Assembly: GCA_038087875.1 (NCBI GenBank)
Contig: CM075995.1
Location: forward strand, 808,001 to 872,000
Direction of reading: 5' to 3'
Source: Malacoraja senta
Lineage: Eukaryota
Length of the DNA: 64,000 bases
This document shows positions 1 to 12,752 of this stretch, piece after piece. The notes beneath the pieces were generated by a model, which was not told the origin of the DNA, did no database searches, and worked only from the letters and a program-made list of their open reading frames with translations. How positions within the stretch are numbered: position 1 is the stretch's first letter; each line of letters opens with the position of its first letter. Made by a program: the position numbers and the translations under genes.

Positions 1-630
1 ACGTTTTTGGGCCAGCACTCTTCTTCTGACTCATTCCACTAATCTGAAGAAGGGTCCCGGGCCAAAACGTCACCCATCCACATTCTCAGGAGATGCTGCC
101 TGACCTGCTGAGCAACTCCAGCACTTTGCCCTTTTTAAAAAAAAATAACCAGCTTCTGCAGTTTCTGGTTTCTACTCTCCATCCAGTATACGCTTCTCTC
201 CATTAGCCCTCACCGAAACCCGCTAGAAGTGAAACACATTTTAAGCACCACTGAATCAGTTATCCACGCTACATCTCTTTTATGCCTTGAAGTTTTGAAC
301 TTTGTCCTTCCATGCTTCATTGATTTAAAAAAATTGTACATATAGAGCAAAACAAATGAAATATGAAAATAGCGGTCGAACAAGTCGCACGGCGTCAAAT
401 TTTAATCTTTTTTTATTTTGAACATATTTAGTAGAGGAGAATGTTGAAATATTATAAAGCAGTTTACACAGTATAGAAACATGACAGTAAAAGTTTTACG
501 AAGATTTAAGCTTTTGAAGAATATTATAATTTAGCAACTTGGAAAAATGTCTTCAAAAAAAGTTGCTGATTTTCCCTGGTAAGAAAAAATTAGATTATTT
601 CTCACGTGCCCCCCCCCCCCCTCTTCAAGT

Positions 631-634
<4 letters not shown>

Positions 635-682
<48 letters not shown>
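635..682. repeat. (AT)n microsatellite
   Basis: Direct reading. Confidence 0.98.
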
Positions 683-687
<5 letters not shown>

Positions 688-1812
688 GAAAAATCGGAAT
701 TTAGAAAAGTAACTTGTTGGAAGCACGTGGAAGAATAGAAACATTTATGTCAGCAAGAAGAAGATAGACACGAAATGCTGGAGTAACTCAGCGGGACAGG
801 CGGCATCTCTGGAGAGAAGGAATGGGTGACCTTTTGCCTCGATAACCTTTCTTCAGACTGAAAATAGCGGGATGGTGGCGAGAAAAGACCAGGACAAATC
901 AGGGTGAGCAGCGGATGGCCACAGGCAAGGTGGTTCCCCCAGAGGCCAACTGTTGGCCAGGGAAGGCGAGATCTTAAGAGGGAATACAATGGGGTGAACT
1001 GCAGAGATAGACACACACAATGCTGGAGTAACTCAGCGGGACAGGCAGCATCCCCGGACAGAAGGAATGGTGACGCTTCGGGTCCAGACTCAGTCTGAAG
1101 AAGGGTGTCGACCCAAAGCGTCACCCATTCCTTGTCCCACTGGGTCACTCTAGCATGTTGTGTCCATCTTCGGTGTAAACCAGCATCTGCAGTTCCCTCC
1201 TCTACATGGGTAAACTTTGGGACTGGCTCAATGACTAGGGTGAAGTAAGAGGGGTGGGGGGGAAAGAGGAGGGGAGAGATTGTAGAAATGACTTAAAATT
1301 AGAGAATTCAACATTCATACCGCTGGATTGTACTTAGAAATTAGAGAATACAATGTACACTCCAGCATTTTTTGTCTATCTTTGGTTTAAACCAGCATCT
1401 GCAGTTCCTTCCTACACATTAAGTCAGCAAGCAATTGAGAATTAGAAGCAGGCAGAGGGAGTTAAATCTATCTACCAAGCTGAATAGTAGTTTGAAAAAA
1501 TTTCAACAAAAATTAAAAAGTTAAATGTTTCTATAATCAGAGGTCTGTATGTGTAGAGCTTATAACATTAGAAAGAGAAAAAAAAACCTTCAGAGTAAAT
1601 ATTAATTTAATATCCTAAAAATTGACATCTGTCAAGAATAATACCACTGAATAGTGCGTCATAGAAATATTTTAAATAAACTGGTCAACATTTTGAAGTT
1701 CGATATAGTTTAACAATATAAACCAATCCCTACTTAATAATTTATCTGCAATGAGCTGAATACATACACAGTTTCGCACTTTCTAATTTTCCCTTCGACA
1801 GTGCATAGGATT

Positions 1813-2012
1813 NNNNNNNNNNNNNNNNNNNNNNNNNNNNNNNNNNNNNNNNNNNNNNNNNNNNNNNNNNNNNNNNNNNNNNNNNNNNNNNNNNNNNNNN
1901 NNNNNNNNNNNNNNNNNNNNNNNNNNNNNNNNNNNNNNNNNNNNNNNNNNNNNNNNNNNNNNNNNNNNNNNNNNNNNNNNNNNNNNNNNNNNNNNNNNNN
2001 NNNNNNNNNNNN
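1813..2012. other. Assembly gap (200 N)
   Basis: Run of Ns; true size unknown. Confidence 1.
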
Positions 2013-2200
2013 CTGGAGAGGCGGCGTACGGGTACTGCTCGTAGGCGGCGGCGGCGGCTGCCGCCGTGGCCGCCGAGTACTGGGCGTAGGCCGTCCCGGT
2101 GTAGTCGATGTACGGGGAGGCAGCGGCCGCGGGCTGCACGTGCGGGATGACCATTCCGGGCTGCATGAAGGCTTGCGGGTAGACGTAGTGAGCGGGAATC
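2013..2200 (-). CDS. rbm24: RBM24 last coding exon, partial (Ala/Tyr-rich region; C-terminus lost in assembly gap)
   Basis: Acceptor TTCCTCATCCCACAG|G, reads (G)[62 protein letters not shown] and then enters Ns at 2012. Confidence 0.95.
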
Positions 2201-5200
2201 CTGTGGGATGAGGAAGAATTTAAAAAAAAATTAATAAAAACAGTAAAGAAACAGTCAGCATCGCGATCGGGCTCGATCCGTCCACACTGTAAATTTTTGT
2301 CTCTTTAAAATATCTAGATGTTATTGTGCATATAGGGTTGCCACAATAAAAACGGAGGGATTCGTCGCCCACTAAACTGCTGCAATATAATTTTTTGGCC
2401 AACTACTTAAGAAATGGAAACAATTTGTGTATTAAGAAAAAAGTGATTTAAATACAAATAGGTAGACAAAAATGCTGGAGAATTTTTTCCAGCATCTGCA
2501 GTTCTTTCTTAAATACAAATACGGGTATGTTTTATATGTATATTACACATTATATTTTAATGTTTACCCATTTCATTTAGTTAATAAGAAGAAATGAATA
2601 TTAATTTGAGCAGCACGAAACAGAGAACAATTTTTGTTTGTGCTGGAGTATCTCTAGAACACCTCGAAAGGTACAAACTTTTTTGCGGCGTTCATAGTTC
2701 AACAGGTTTTGGGATAATTTCTGAAAGTTTTACAACAATTTTTTTTTATTTTTTAATTGCAATTTCTTCTTCAGTATTTCACTCCAATGCTGAGAATCTT
2801 CCCAAGCAGTTTTGGTGGGGATAAGTTATTAGAAATAATATCCTGGCAACCCTATGTGATGCTATGCAGTTTTCACCACTCATTAATGATCGTTTCATAT
2901 CACAGATCCACAATCCCATCACCCTAATTAAAAGAAAAACCACAGGCAAAAATCCACAAACAAAATTAACCAAAAGATGATACCAAACAAAAAAAAAGGC
3001 CACAAGATGATAAAACACATGGTCACACAGCAAGATCACTCTGCACATGACATCTAGGGAGGGTCTCACTTGTCACCATTCAGGCTCCGATAATAATGGG
3101 GCCAGAGACACTACTACAAACACAGCACTGAAACCCCCCAGTCCATGTGCTTTACAGTCTAGGAAGAGGTCACGGGTAGTCCTTGGACAAGGACTTGGAC
3201 CTCGTCTGATGAGTTGCAACGATCCACCTAGTGACACGCAAAAGAAAAAAATAAAGACACTAAAAGACAAAGGGGGGGGGGGAGAGGAGAGGAGGGGGGG
3301 GAGAAGGGAATGGGAGGAAAGAAAATACATCACGGTGAGAGGGAGAAAGTTGACTGCAGAAAGTTTTTCCAATCGTTTTCAGAAAGACAATGCAAGTACC
3401 CATCCCTGGGGATATACTGAAAGGTCTCGACCAAAACCATCACATATTCCTTTTCTCCACAGATGCTTCCTGACCTGCTGAGTTACTCCAACTTTTTGTG
3501 TTCATCCTGAGAATATAGATATTTGCAAGTTGTTCTAATCCATGAGATGCCTAGAAAGGATTCAACAAAAGACTCTAGGAACTCCAAAATTGAGTGAGTG
3601 AGTTAGAGTGTGTCTTTCAAGATGGAGTTAGATTTAGCTCTTAGGGCTAACGGAATCAAGGGATATGGGGGGAAAAGCAGAAACAGGGTACTGATTTTGG
3701 ATGATCAGCCATGATCATATTGAATGGATCGAAGGGCTGAATGGCCTATTCCTGCACCTATTTTTCTGTGTGCGTTGTGTTCGCCCAGATCCAGAGTAAA
3801 AGTTCTTTGTGTTAGCTCAGCCGTATCCACCCGCTCTCCATTGTCCCAGATGAACTGAACTGAACTTCAAAACCCACCAAAATGTGTTCACCGAGCAACT
3901 GGCTGGACACAGCTATGGAGCTGTACAGCACAGAAACAGGCCTATAATAGACACAAAGTGCCAGAGTAACTCAGCGGGTCAGGCAGCCTAGACATAGGCT
4001 CTTCAAGCCAGCACCGCCATTCAATATAAGCATGGTGATCATCCAGAACCCCGTTCCTGCTTTCGCCCCATATCCCTTGATTCCGTTAGCCCTCAGAGCT
4101 ATATCGAGCTTCTCTGAAGAGAAAGGATAGGTGTTGTTTTGGGTCGGAGCCCATCTCCAGAGTCTGAAGAGGGGACCCGGCCTGAAATGACAGTCTGAAG
4201 AAGGGTGTCGACCCGAAACCTCATTCATCCTTCTTCCCCAGAGATGCTGCCGGACCCACTGAGTTATTCCAGCACTTTGTGTCTATCCTCGGTGTACAGA
4301 ACCAGGGGCAGTTCCTTTCCACACATAGAAACAGGCCTGTTGGCCCAACGTGTCCAAGGGTTGCTCCAAGCTCATTTCATGCTGCATGGTTTGTTATAAT
4401 CCCTGTGGTAAGAGTTACTTACAACTTCTTGCAGTCAGTTTGTCCTGCTATCCTGTTTTGTTTCGAAATGGCAAATCCATTTAGTTTCTAAAGATATCTT
4501 TGGCAGTTAGTTGTCAGATCCAAGTCCAATTCAGCACAGGTGTTGTTGTCAGGGCACAGTGGCATTTATTTTCCAAGTTCAAGGAGCAAATTTCTATTTT
4601 AGAATTATCTTTGCATTATTCTGTATGTAATGAAAGTTGGGGGAAAGGGGGTGAATCTGTGGAATTCATTGCCACAGATAGCTGTGGAGGGAATCAGTGG
4701 ATATTTTTAAGGCAGAGATTGACAGATTCTTGATTAGTAAAGGCGTCATAGAAACATAGACAATAGGTGCAGGAGTAGGCCATTCGGCCCTTTGTGCCAG
4801 CACCGCTATTCAATAGGATCATCATGGCTGATCATCCACAATCAGTACCCCGTTCCTGCTTTCTCCCCATATCGCTTGATTCCATTAGCCCTAAGAGCTA
4901 AATCTAACTCTCTCTTGAAAACATCCAGGGAATTGGCCTCCACTGCCTTCTGTGGCAGATAATTCTACAGATGTCAGGGGTTATGAAATCAGATTCTTCA
5001 AGTTATTGTTTACATTTATGATAGAGATATTCAAGCACTTTGTTAATAGATGCCGAGAAACAATTCATCATCGGTCACATACTAAAATTGTTTTGAACCA
5101 GGAAGTCCAGTGGAACTCTCTAATTCATGATAAAAGAGATTAAAAGCAACACGGAATTATTATTGAACATTTATTTTGATTATTTTTGCAATATTTTGTT

Positions 5201-5229
5201 TTTTATAAAACAGCTTTTCTGCTAATGCT

Positions 5230-5570
5230 CACTCACCGTGGCCTAAAAATCCATCAGGCGAGAATGAAATGCTCGGAGAAGGAGAAAGATGTGCAGCGCA
5301 CAGGCCTTGAACCTGGTGAGACGCAGGAGGAGCCTGGCCTGGACTCACCCCACAGAGCCCAGTCCCTCCACGCACTGGAGTCTCCCAACCCCTGCAGAGT
5401 AGTTATTAAGATGGCTGATTCATGGGCGGTTGCTGCTGGGACGCAAGTTGGGGCCTGATCAACCTGGGTCGCCTGGGCGAGGGTGTCTGATGTTGTGAGA
5501 CCCGAAACACCTGATGACACCCTGGTCACATCACTGAGGATGCGTCCCAGCGCATCTGGAAGATGTATAT
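5230..5570 (+). mobile_element. Internally deleted HERO/NeSL-like (RLE) non-LTR retrotransposon
   Basis: N-terminal zinc-finger-like RGLKIHQARMKC...PGETQEEPG..SPHRAQSL fused to C-terminal W..AAGTQVGA* and a 3'UTR (GACCCGAAACAC...CATCACTGAGGATG). Assignment from recalled consensus. Confidence 0.55.
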
Positions 5571-6726
5571 TTTTCAGTGTCAGCTAATAATCACAGTTCT
5601 ATTCTCATTATTCCAACATCTTAATACTAATTGCTGCACCTTCTACTCATTCACTGATTGGTGAATATAGTATCTCTACATCATCGCCTATATCTCGTTT
5701 CCCTTAGCCCTAACCCTGGTAATATCAGCGTGTAGTTTTATGTAGCGGCAGGCGATGGCTAAATGGACCGAGCTGCCAGTGGAGGTCGTTGGGACAATGG
5801 CTCTTTATTTATCACATGTACAGAGGTACAGTGAAATTATTTTTTGTATACAGTTCAATAAAGTATTACCAGATACTATAACAGCAATTGAAATACACTT
5901 GGACTCACTGGTCACCCTCGGACCATCCTTGTTCAAACTTTGCTGGCTTTACCTTGCACTAAATGTTATTCCCTTAACATGTATCTAAACACTGTAAATG
6001 GCTCAATTGTAATCACATAGAAAATAGTTGCAGGAGGAGGCCATTTGGCCCTTTGAGCCCGCACCGTCATTCATTGCGATCATGGCTGATCATCCACAGT
6101 CAGTAACCCGTGCCTGCCTTCTCCCCATATCCTTTGATTCCGCTAGCCCCTAGAGCTCTATCTAACTCTTTTAAATTCAGCCAGTGAATTGGCCTCTACT
6201 GCCTTCTGTGGCAGAGAATTCCACAGCTTCACAACTCTCTGGGTGAAAAATGTTTTTTCTCATCCTTTTCACCCAGAGAGTTGTGAGTTTGTGGAATTCT
6301 CTGCCACAGAAGGCAGCGGAGTCCAATTCACTGGATGAATTTAAAAGAGAGTTAGATAGAGCTCTTGGGGCTAGCGGAATCAAGGAATCGCGTATTGCCT
6401 TTCTGCTGACTGGTTAGCACGCAACAAAAGCTTTTCACTGTACCCCCCCCCCCCCCCGGTAGAAGTGGCAATAAACAAAACTGAGGTACATGGATAGAAA
6501 AGGTTTAGAGGGGTACGAGCCAAAAGCAGGCAGGTGGGATTAGCATAAATGGGGCGTCTCAGTCAGCATGGGAAAGCTGGGCTGAGGGGCCTATTTGGAG
6601 TCCATGCTCCATGGAGTCCATGTTGTATGACTCCATGTATCTAAAAAAATAGGACCTTTTGGATGCGGTTCATGAGCTTCTATTTCCGTACCATCTACCT
6701 CATTGGAGACCCTCGGACTATCTTCA

Positions 6727-6972
6727 AGGGCCTGTCCAACTCGGCGATTTTTTTCGGCGATATTTCAATGTCGCCAAAAGATTTTGTACATTTCAAAATC
6801 CAGCGGCGAAAAAAAAAAATGTTGCGATACTTGAAAAAAACACCGCGCATCAATAAGTTTCACCGCCGCATCATGCTGCTAATTTTTCGGTGACCTGATA
6901 CGTCAGTCAATGCTGCCAGTCGGCAAAAAAAAAAAAAAAAAAAAAAAAAAATAGGCCAGTGGGACTGGCCCT
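6727..6972. mobile_element. PIF/Harbinger-like MITE
   Basis: AGGGCCTGTCCAACT ... AGTGGGACTGGCCCT with TCA/TTA flanks. Confidence 0.75.
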
Positions 6973-7439
6973 TTAATCTTTCGGCTCTGAATTCTTTAAC
7001 CTATTGTCTTTCCGCTGACTGGTTAGCACGCAACACAAGCTGTTCACTGTACCTCGGTACACGTGACAATAAACTGAACTGAACTGTACTAATTGGACTT
7101 TATCTTGCACCATACATTATTCCCTTCATCCCGTATCTGTACACTGTGGACGGCTCGAATTTAATCGTTTGTGGCCTTTCCGCTGACTGGTTAGCACGCA
7201 ACAAAAAGCTTTACACTGTACCTTGGTACACGTGACAATAAACTAAACTAAACTAAACTGCATTGGATTTCAGTTTTCTATGCTAAGCCTCTGATTTTAA
7301 AAGTGATCTAGGAGAGAGGCCCCATTACAGTTACAGGAAAATCTGCGGAATCTGACTGAAAGATCAGACCTTTGGCAGTGAACGACCCTGGAAGTTGGTG
7401 TTTATGTGTTAATTATCAATACATCTTCAGTGATACTGC

Positions 7440-8075
7440 AGACAGACACAAAAAACTGGAATAACTCAGCGGGACAGGCAGCATCTCTGCAGAGAAGGAA
7501 TGGGTGACGTTTCGGGTCGAGACCCTTCTTCAGACTGACGTCGGGGGTGGGTGGGTGGGGGGAAAGAGAAAGATAGATAAGGAAGTGCAAGGTGTGAAAA
7601 CAGGGTAAAGGGGATGGAGATCAAGGCAAATGCAGAATAGATCATTGTTAGCCTGGAGAAGGGAACAACAAAACAAACAGAGATAAAATGTAAGGTAGAC
7701 AAAAATGCTGGAGAAACTCAGCGGGGGAGGCAGCATCTATGGAGCGAAGGAAATAGGCAACGTTTCGGGCCGAAACGTTGCCTATTTCCTTTGCTCCATA
7801 GATGCTGCCTCACCCGCTGAGTTTCTCCAGCATTTTTGTCTACCTTCGATTTTCCAGCATCTGCAGTTCCTTCTTAACCAGAGATAAAATGTAGTCGGAG
7901 ACAGTCAGACTGGTCGGAGAACTGGGAAGGGGGAGGGATGGAGAGAGAGAGAGCGAGAGAGGGAAAAGCAAGGGTTACTTTAAGTTAGAGAAGTCAATGT
8001 TCAGACCGCTGGGGTTGTAAGCTGCCCAAGCAAAATATGAGGTGCTGTTCCTCCACTTTGCGCTGGGCCTCTCTC
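7440..8075 (-). mobile_element. Penelope-like 3' fragment with a nested palindromic tail insertion (7693-7877)
   Basis: GIY-YIG C-terminus PSGLNIDF on minus. The nested insert is flanked by TSD CAGAGATAAAATGTA. Confidence 0.75.
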
Positions 8076-9083
8076 TCTCTCCAACAGTGGAGAACCTTTT
8101 GTTACACGGTGCACTGTCAGGGAGGTTTTTGCAGCAGCACCAATGCATGGTAAATGCTGATGCGACAGATCGCCCAATACCGCTTGTCAACCGAAATAGA
8201 TGAACGTATACCAGTCATGAGGGAGAGAATTAAGTCCCACTGACCCAGATTGGCCTGGATAACAGAAAAGAATCGGTCACCCATGCAAATGCCCCCAAAC
8301 TGCTCCATCAGCACAACACGCTATCCCAAATACCATCGAGAAAAAACAGAAACAAAGGGAAGTGTCAGTGAACACTTAAGTAAATAGAATATGTGTTGCA
8401 AAAAAAAAAAAAAGGTCATTTGCTGACATGCAAATAAAATGTTGTCAGCATCCCCTGGTGGAAAACTGACATTTAATATCCAATACGTTTACTGTTGTAC
8501 AGCGCGGAAACAGGCCATTTGGCACACCGAGTCCGCAACGGCCTGCCATCCCCCCCGCACATTGACACCAGCGACAATTTACACTTGCAATTAATTAATC
8601 TACAAACCTGTACGTCTTTGGAGTGTGGGAGGAAACCGAAGGTCTCAGGGGAAAACCCATGCGGTCATGGGGAGAACGTACAAACTCTGTATAGACAGTG
8701 CCCGTAGTCAGGATCGAACCCGGGTCTCAGGCGCTGCAAGGCAGCAACTCTACCGCTGCGCCACCCTCAAATCCATATTTCTACACACAAAATAATGCCC
8801 TGTGCATTACTCTAGTTGTTACTGTAGATTTTATACTGGTTATCACATCGCATTCCATGGCCAGATGACAATGATCAACTTACCTTTCAGAAATAACCTT
8901 CCGCTTAAGCCACCTTCACATGGCAGTAATCAGGTATGTTGATTGTAATCCATGATTTTTCATGTGCATTGACTTTAAATTTACATCACAAGCAGCTGGC
9001 ATGCTTCAATTACGCTCCACTTAAAATCTCTTTCCCCCTCCCTATAAATCCATCATCATAACACTGGTCCTGTACTCGCTGGA

Positions 9084-10048
9084 CCAGTGTTATGAAATGT
9101 CCTCATTCTTCAGGGAACGGGGGTTCCCCTCCTCCACCATAGATGAGGCTCGCACCAGTGTCTCTTCCATACCCCGCAACACTGCTCTCTCTCCCCATCC
9201 CCCCACTCACAACAAGGGCAGAGTCCCCCTAGTCCTCACCTTTCACCCCACCAGCCGTCACATACAACAAGTGATCCTCCGTCAGTTTCGCCACCTCCAA
9301 CGTGACCCCACCACTCGCCACATCTTCCCATCTCCCCCCCATGTCTGCGTTCCGCAAAGACCGCTCCCTCCGTAACTCCCTTGTCAATTCTTCCCTTCCC
9401 TCCCATACCACCCCCTCCCCTGGTACTTTCCCTTGCAACCGCAAGAGATGCAACACTTGTCCCTTCACCTCCCCCCTCTACTCCATTCAAGGACCCAAGC
9501 AGTCGTTCCAGGTGCGACAGAGGTTCACCTGCATCTCCTCCAACCTCATCTATTGCATTCGCTGCTCTAGATGCCAGCTGATCTACATCGGTGAGACCAA
9601 GCGGAGGCTTGGCGATCGTTTCGCCGAACACCTCCGGTCGGTCCGCAATAACCAACCTGAACTCCCGGTGGCTCAGCACTTCAACTCCCCCTCCCATTCC
9701 GTATCTGACCTCTCTGTCCTGGGTCTCCTCCATGGCCACAGCGAGCAACACCGTAAATTGGAGGAAATGCACCTCATATTCCGCTTGGGCAGTCTACATC
9801 CTGGGGGCTTGAACATTGAATTCTCCCAATTCTGCTAGCCCTTGCTGTCCCCTCCCCTTCATCAGCCATCTGGTTGTCTCCTCCCCTCCCCCAGCCCTCG
9901 GGCTCCTCCTCCGCCTTTTTCCTTTTTTCCTTTCTTCTCCCCACCCCCTATCAGTCTGAAGAAGGGTTTCGGCCCGAAACGTTGCCTATTTCCTTCGCTC
10001 CATGGATGCTGCTGCACCCGCTGAGTTTCTCCAGCATTTTTGTGTACT
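9084..10048 (+). mobile_element. 5'-truncated Penelope-like retroelement (RT C-terminal linker + GIY-YIG endonuclease, frameshifted) with terminal repeat
   Basis: ORF 9302-9838 has C..C..C..C, NLIYCIRC..C...YIGETKRRLGDRFAEH and PGGLNIEF. A 13-bp TSD TGTACTCGCTGGA (9071-9083 / 10049-10061) shows insertion into a CR1 fragment. Confidence 0.9.
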
Positions 10049-10782
10049 TGTACTCGCTGGAGTTTAGCAAGATGAGGGGAGAGGGACCTCATTGAAACTT
10101 ACCAAGTAGTGAAAGGCCTGGATAGAGTTGATGTGGAGAGAATGTTACCACAGGTGGGAGAGTCTAGGACCAGAGGCCATAGTCACAGAATAAAAGGACG
10201 TACCTTTAGAAAGGAGATGACAAGGAATTTCTTTAGTCGGAGGGTGGTGAATCTGTGGAATTCATTGCCACAGAAGGCTGCGGAGGCTGTCAATGGATAT
10301 TCTTAAGTCGGAGATTGACAGACACTTGATTAGTACGGGTCTCCGGGATTACGGGGAGAAGGCAGGAGAATGGGGTTGAAGGAAAGATAGATCGGCCATG
10401 ATTGAATGGCCGAATGTCCCAATTATAAGATTGTTAAGGGCTTGGGCACGCCAGAGGCAGGAAACATGTTCCCGATGTTGGGGGAGTGCAGAACCAGGGG
10501 CCACAGTTTAAGAATAAGGAGTAAGCCATGTAGAATGGAGACGAGGAAACACTTTTTCTCACAGAGAGTGGCGAGTCTGTGGAATTCTCTGCCTCAGAGG
10601 GGGGTGGAGGCCGGTTCTCTGGATGCTTCCAAGAGAGAGCTAGATAGGGCTCTTAAAAATAGCGGAGTCAGGGGAATATGGGGAGAAGGCAGGAACGGGG
10701 TACTGATTGAGGATGATCAGACATGATTACACTGGCTCGAAGGGCCAAATGGCCTACTCCTGCACCTATTGTCTATTGTCTA
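10049..10782 (+). mobile_element. Tandem CR1-clade LINE tails
   Basis: RTRGH and WNSLP motifs with the shared 3' stem-loop tail. Confidence 0.8.
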
Positions 10783-12603
10783 TAATTCTGCTCCCATCAC
10801 TTATGAACGATGAACATGAACATAGAATGCTACAGCACAGCCCTTTGGCCCAGAATGTCCAAACCAAACATAATGCCAGGTTAAACTAATCTCCTCGGAC
10901 GGATGCAAGAATTTCACTGTGCAGTGCATAGAGAACCATAGAACCTCTGTCTGCACGTGATCCATATTGCTTCATTCCCTGCATCTCCATGTGCTATCTA
11001 ACAGCCTCTTAAATCACTGTCACTGTCTTATCTGCCTCCACTACCACCCCTGGCAATGCCACACTTTGCGCAAAAAAATAAATCTTGCCCCGCACATCTC
11101 CGTTAAACATTGCCCCCCTCGTCTTAAAGCCTTTAGTCTTTTGAGATATAGCGTGGAAAAGGGCCCTTTGGCCCGCCTAGTCCAGGTCGACAAGCATGAA
11201 CCCGTACATTAGTTCTATCCTATACGCTGGGAACAATTTACAGATGCCAATTAACCTACAAACCTGCGTGGCTTTGAAGTGTGGGAGGAAACCGGAGCAT
11301 CCGGAGAAAACCCACGCAGTCACAGGGAGAACGTGCAACCTCCGTACAGACGTCACATATAGCCAGGATCGAACCTGGGTCTCTGGCGCCGTGAGGCATC
11401 AACTCTACTGCTGCGCCGCCCACAAATGGTCTTTGCATTTCCACCCTGGGAAATAGGTTCCGAATATCTACCCAGTCTATGCCCCTCCCAGAACTTCTTT
11501 CCCCCATTGACTCATTTAGGGTTCCCCCCAAAATGGCATGTACCAGTTACCACAAACAGAGTGGCAACTTCCTCACTCTTGCCACTGAGTAAAACAGTAG
11601 CACGAGTGACGGTGAAGTGATAAGCAGCGGGCGGCACGGTGGCGCAGCGGTAGAGATGCTGCCTTACAGCGCCAGAGAAACCGGGTTCCAACCCGACTAC
11701 GGGTGCTGTCTGTACGGAGTTTGTATGTTCTCGAAGATAGACACGAGATCTTCGGTTTCCTCCCACGCTTCAGAGGCGTGCAGGTTTGTAGGTTAATTGG
11801 CTTGGTACAAATGTACAAATGTAAATTGTCCCTAGTGTGTGTAGGATGGTGTTAGTGTGCGGGGATTGCTGCTCGGTGTGGACTCGGTGGGCCTGTTTCC
11901 GCGCTGTATCTCCAAACTAAAATTAAAATAGGAGCAGAATTTGGCCATTTGGCCCATCAAGTCTACTCCATCATTCAATCATGGCTGATCTTTCCCTCTC
12001 AACCCCATTCTCCTGCCTTCTCCCCATAACCCATGTCCCCTTAATTCCTCATTGACTTATTAGAATCTTTTATAATAATGGCACCTAGATGTAGTATTTC
12101 TACAAGCAGCAGCATATTTTCTAACCTGTTAAGTCATCATTTGATCTTCTCTGAGAGAATAAATAATGATGCTACCATTTATTTCTCTGATGTATCCAGA
12201 GTCTTAGTTCTGGGATCATTCTATTAAACAATTTTTGCTTTCTTCTTGCTTTCAGTGTTTTTATCCTACATGAAAATTACCTTTGGACACAAGTTTCCAT
12301 ACAGGCTGTTGTGTCGGCTGTTTATAAACCCTGTTCTTCATGTAGTGCACAAAACCATGAGAGGAATAGATCGGGTACACGTGGAGCCTTCCCCAGAGTG
12401 GGGGAATTGAGAACCAGAGGACTTGGGTTTAAGTTGAGACATACAGCATGGAAACAGGCTCTTCGGCCCAACCTGCCCACACCGCCCAACACGTCCCATC
12501 TGCACTAGCCCCACCTATCTGCGCTTGGCCCATATCCCTCTAAACCCGTCCTATCCATGTACTGGTCTACATGTTTCTAAAACATTGCGTTAGTAACATT
12601 AGT

Positions 12604-12752
12604 AGCCTACTATGTTCTGTTGGCCTACTATGTTCTGTTGGCCTACTATGTTCTGTTGGCCTACTATGTATGTTCTGTTGGCCTACTATGTTCTGTTGGC
12701 CTACTATGTTCTGTTGGCCTACTATGTTCTGTTGGCCTACTATGTTCTGTTG
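12604..12752. repeat. 18-bp minisatellite, about 8 copies
   Basis: Unit GGCCTACTATGTTCTGTT. Confidence 0.95.

Noticed and set aside
200..1812. Possible rbm24 3'UTR and poly(A) signal (AATAAA on minus at 417-412)
   Set aside because: It lies beyond a gap of unknown size and among repeats, so it cannot be tied to the transcript.
12604..12752. Regular short repeat array resembling CRISPR
   Set aside because: Head-to-tail 18-bp units with no unique spacers, in a eukaryotic context with no cas genes.
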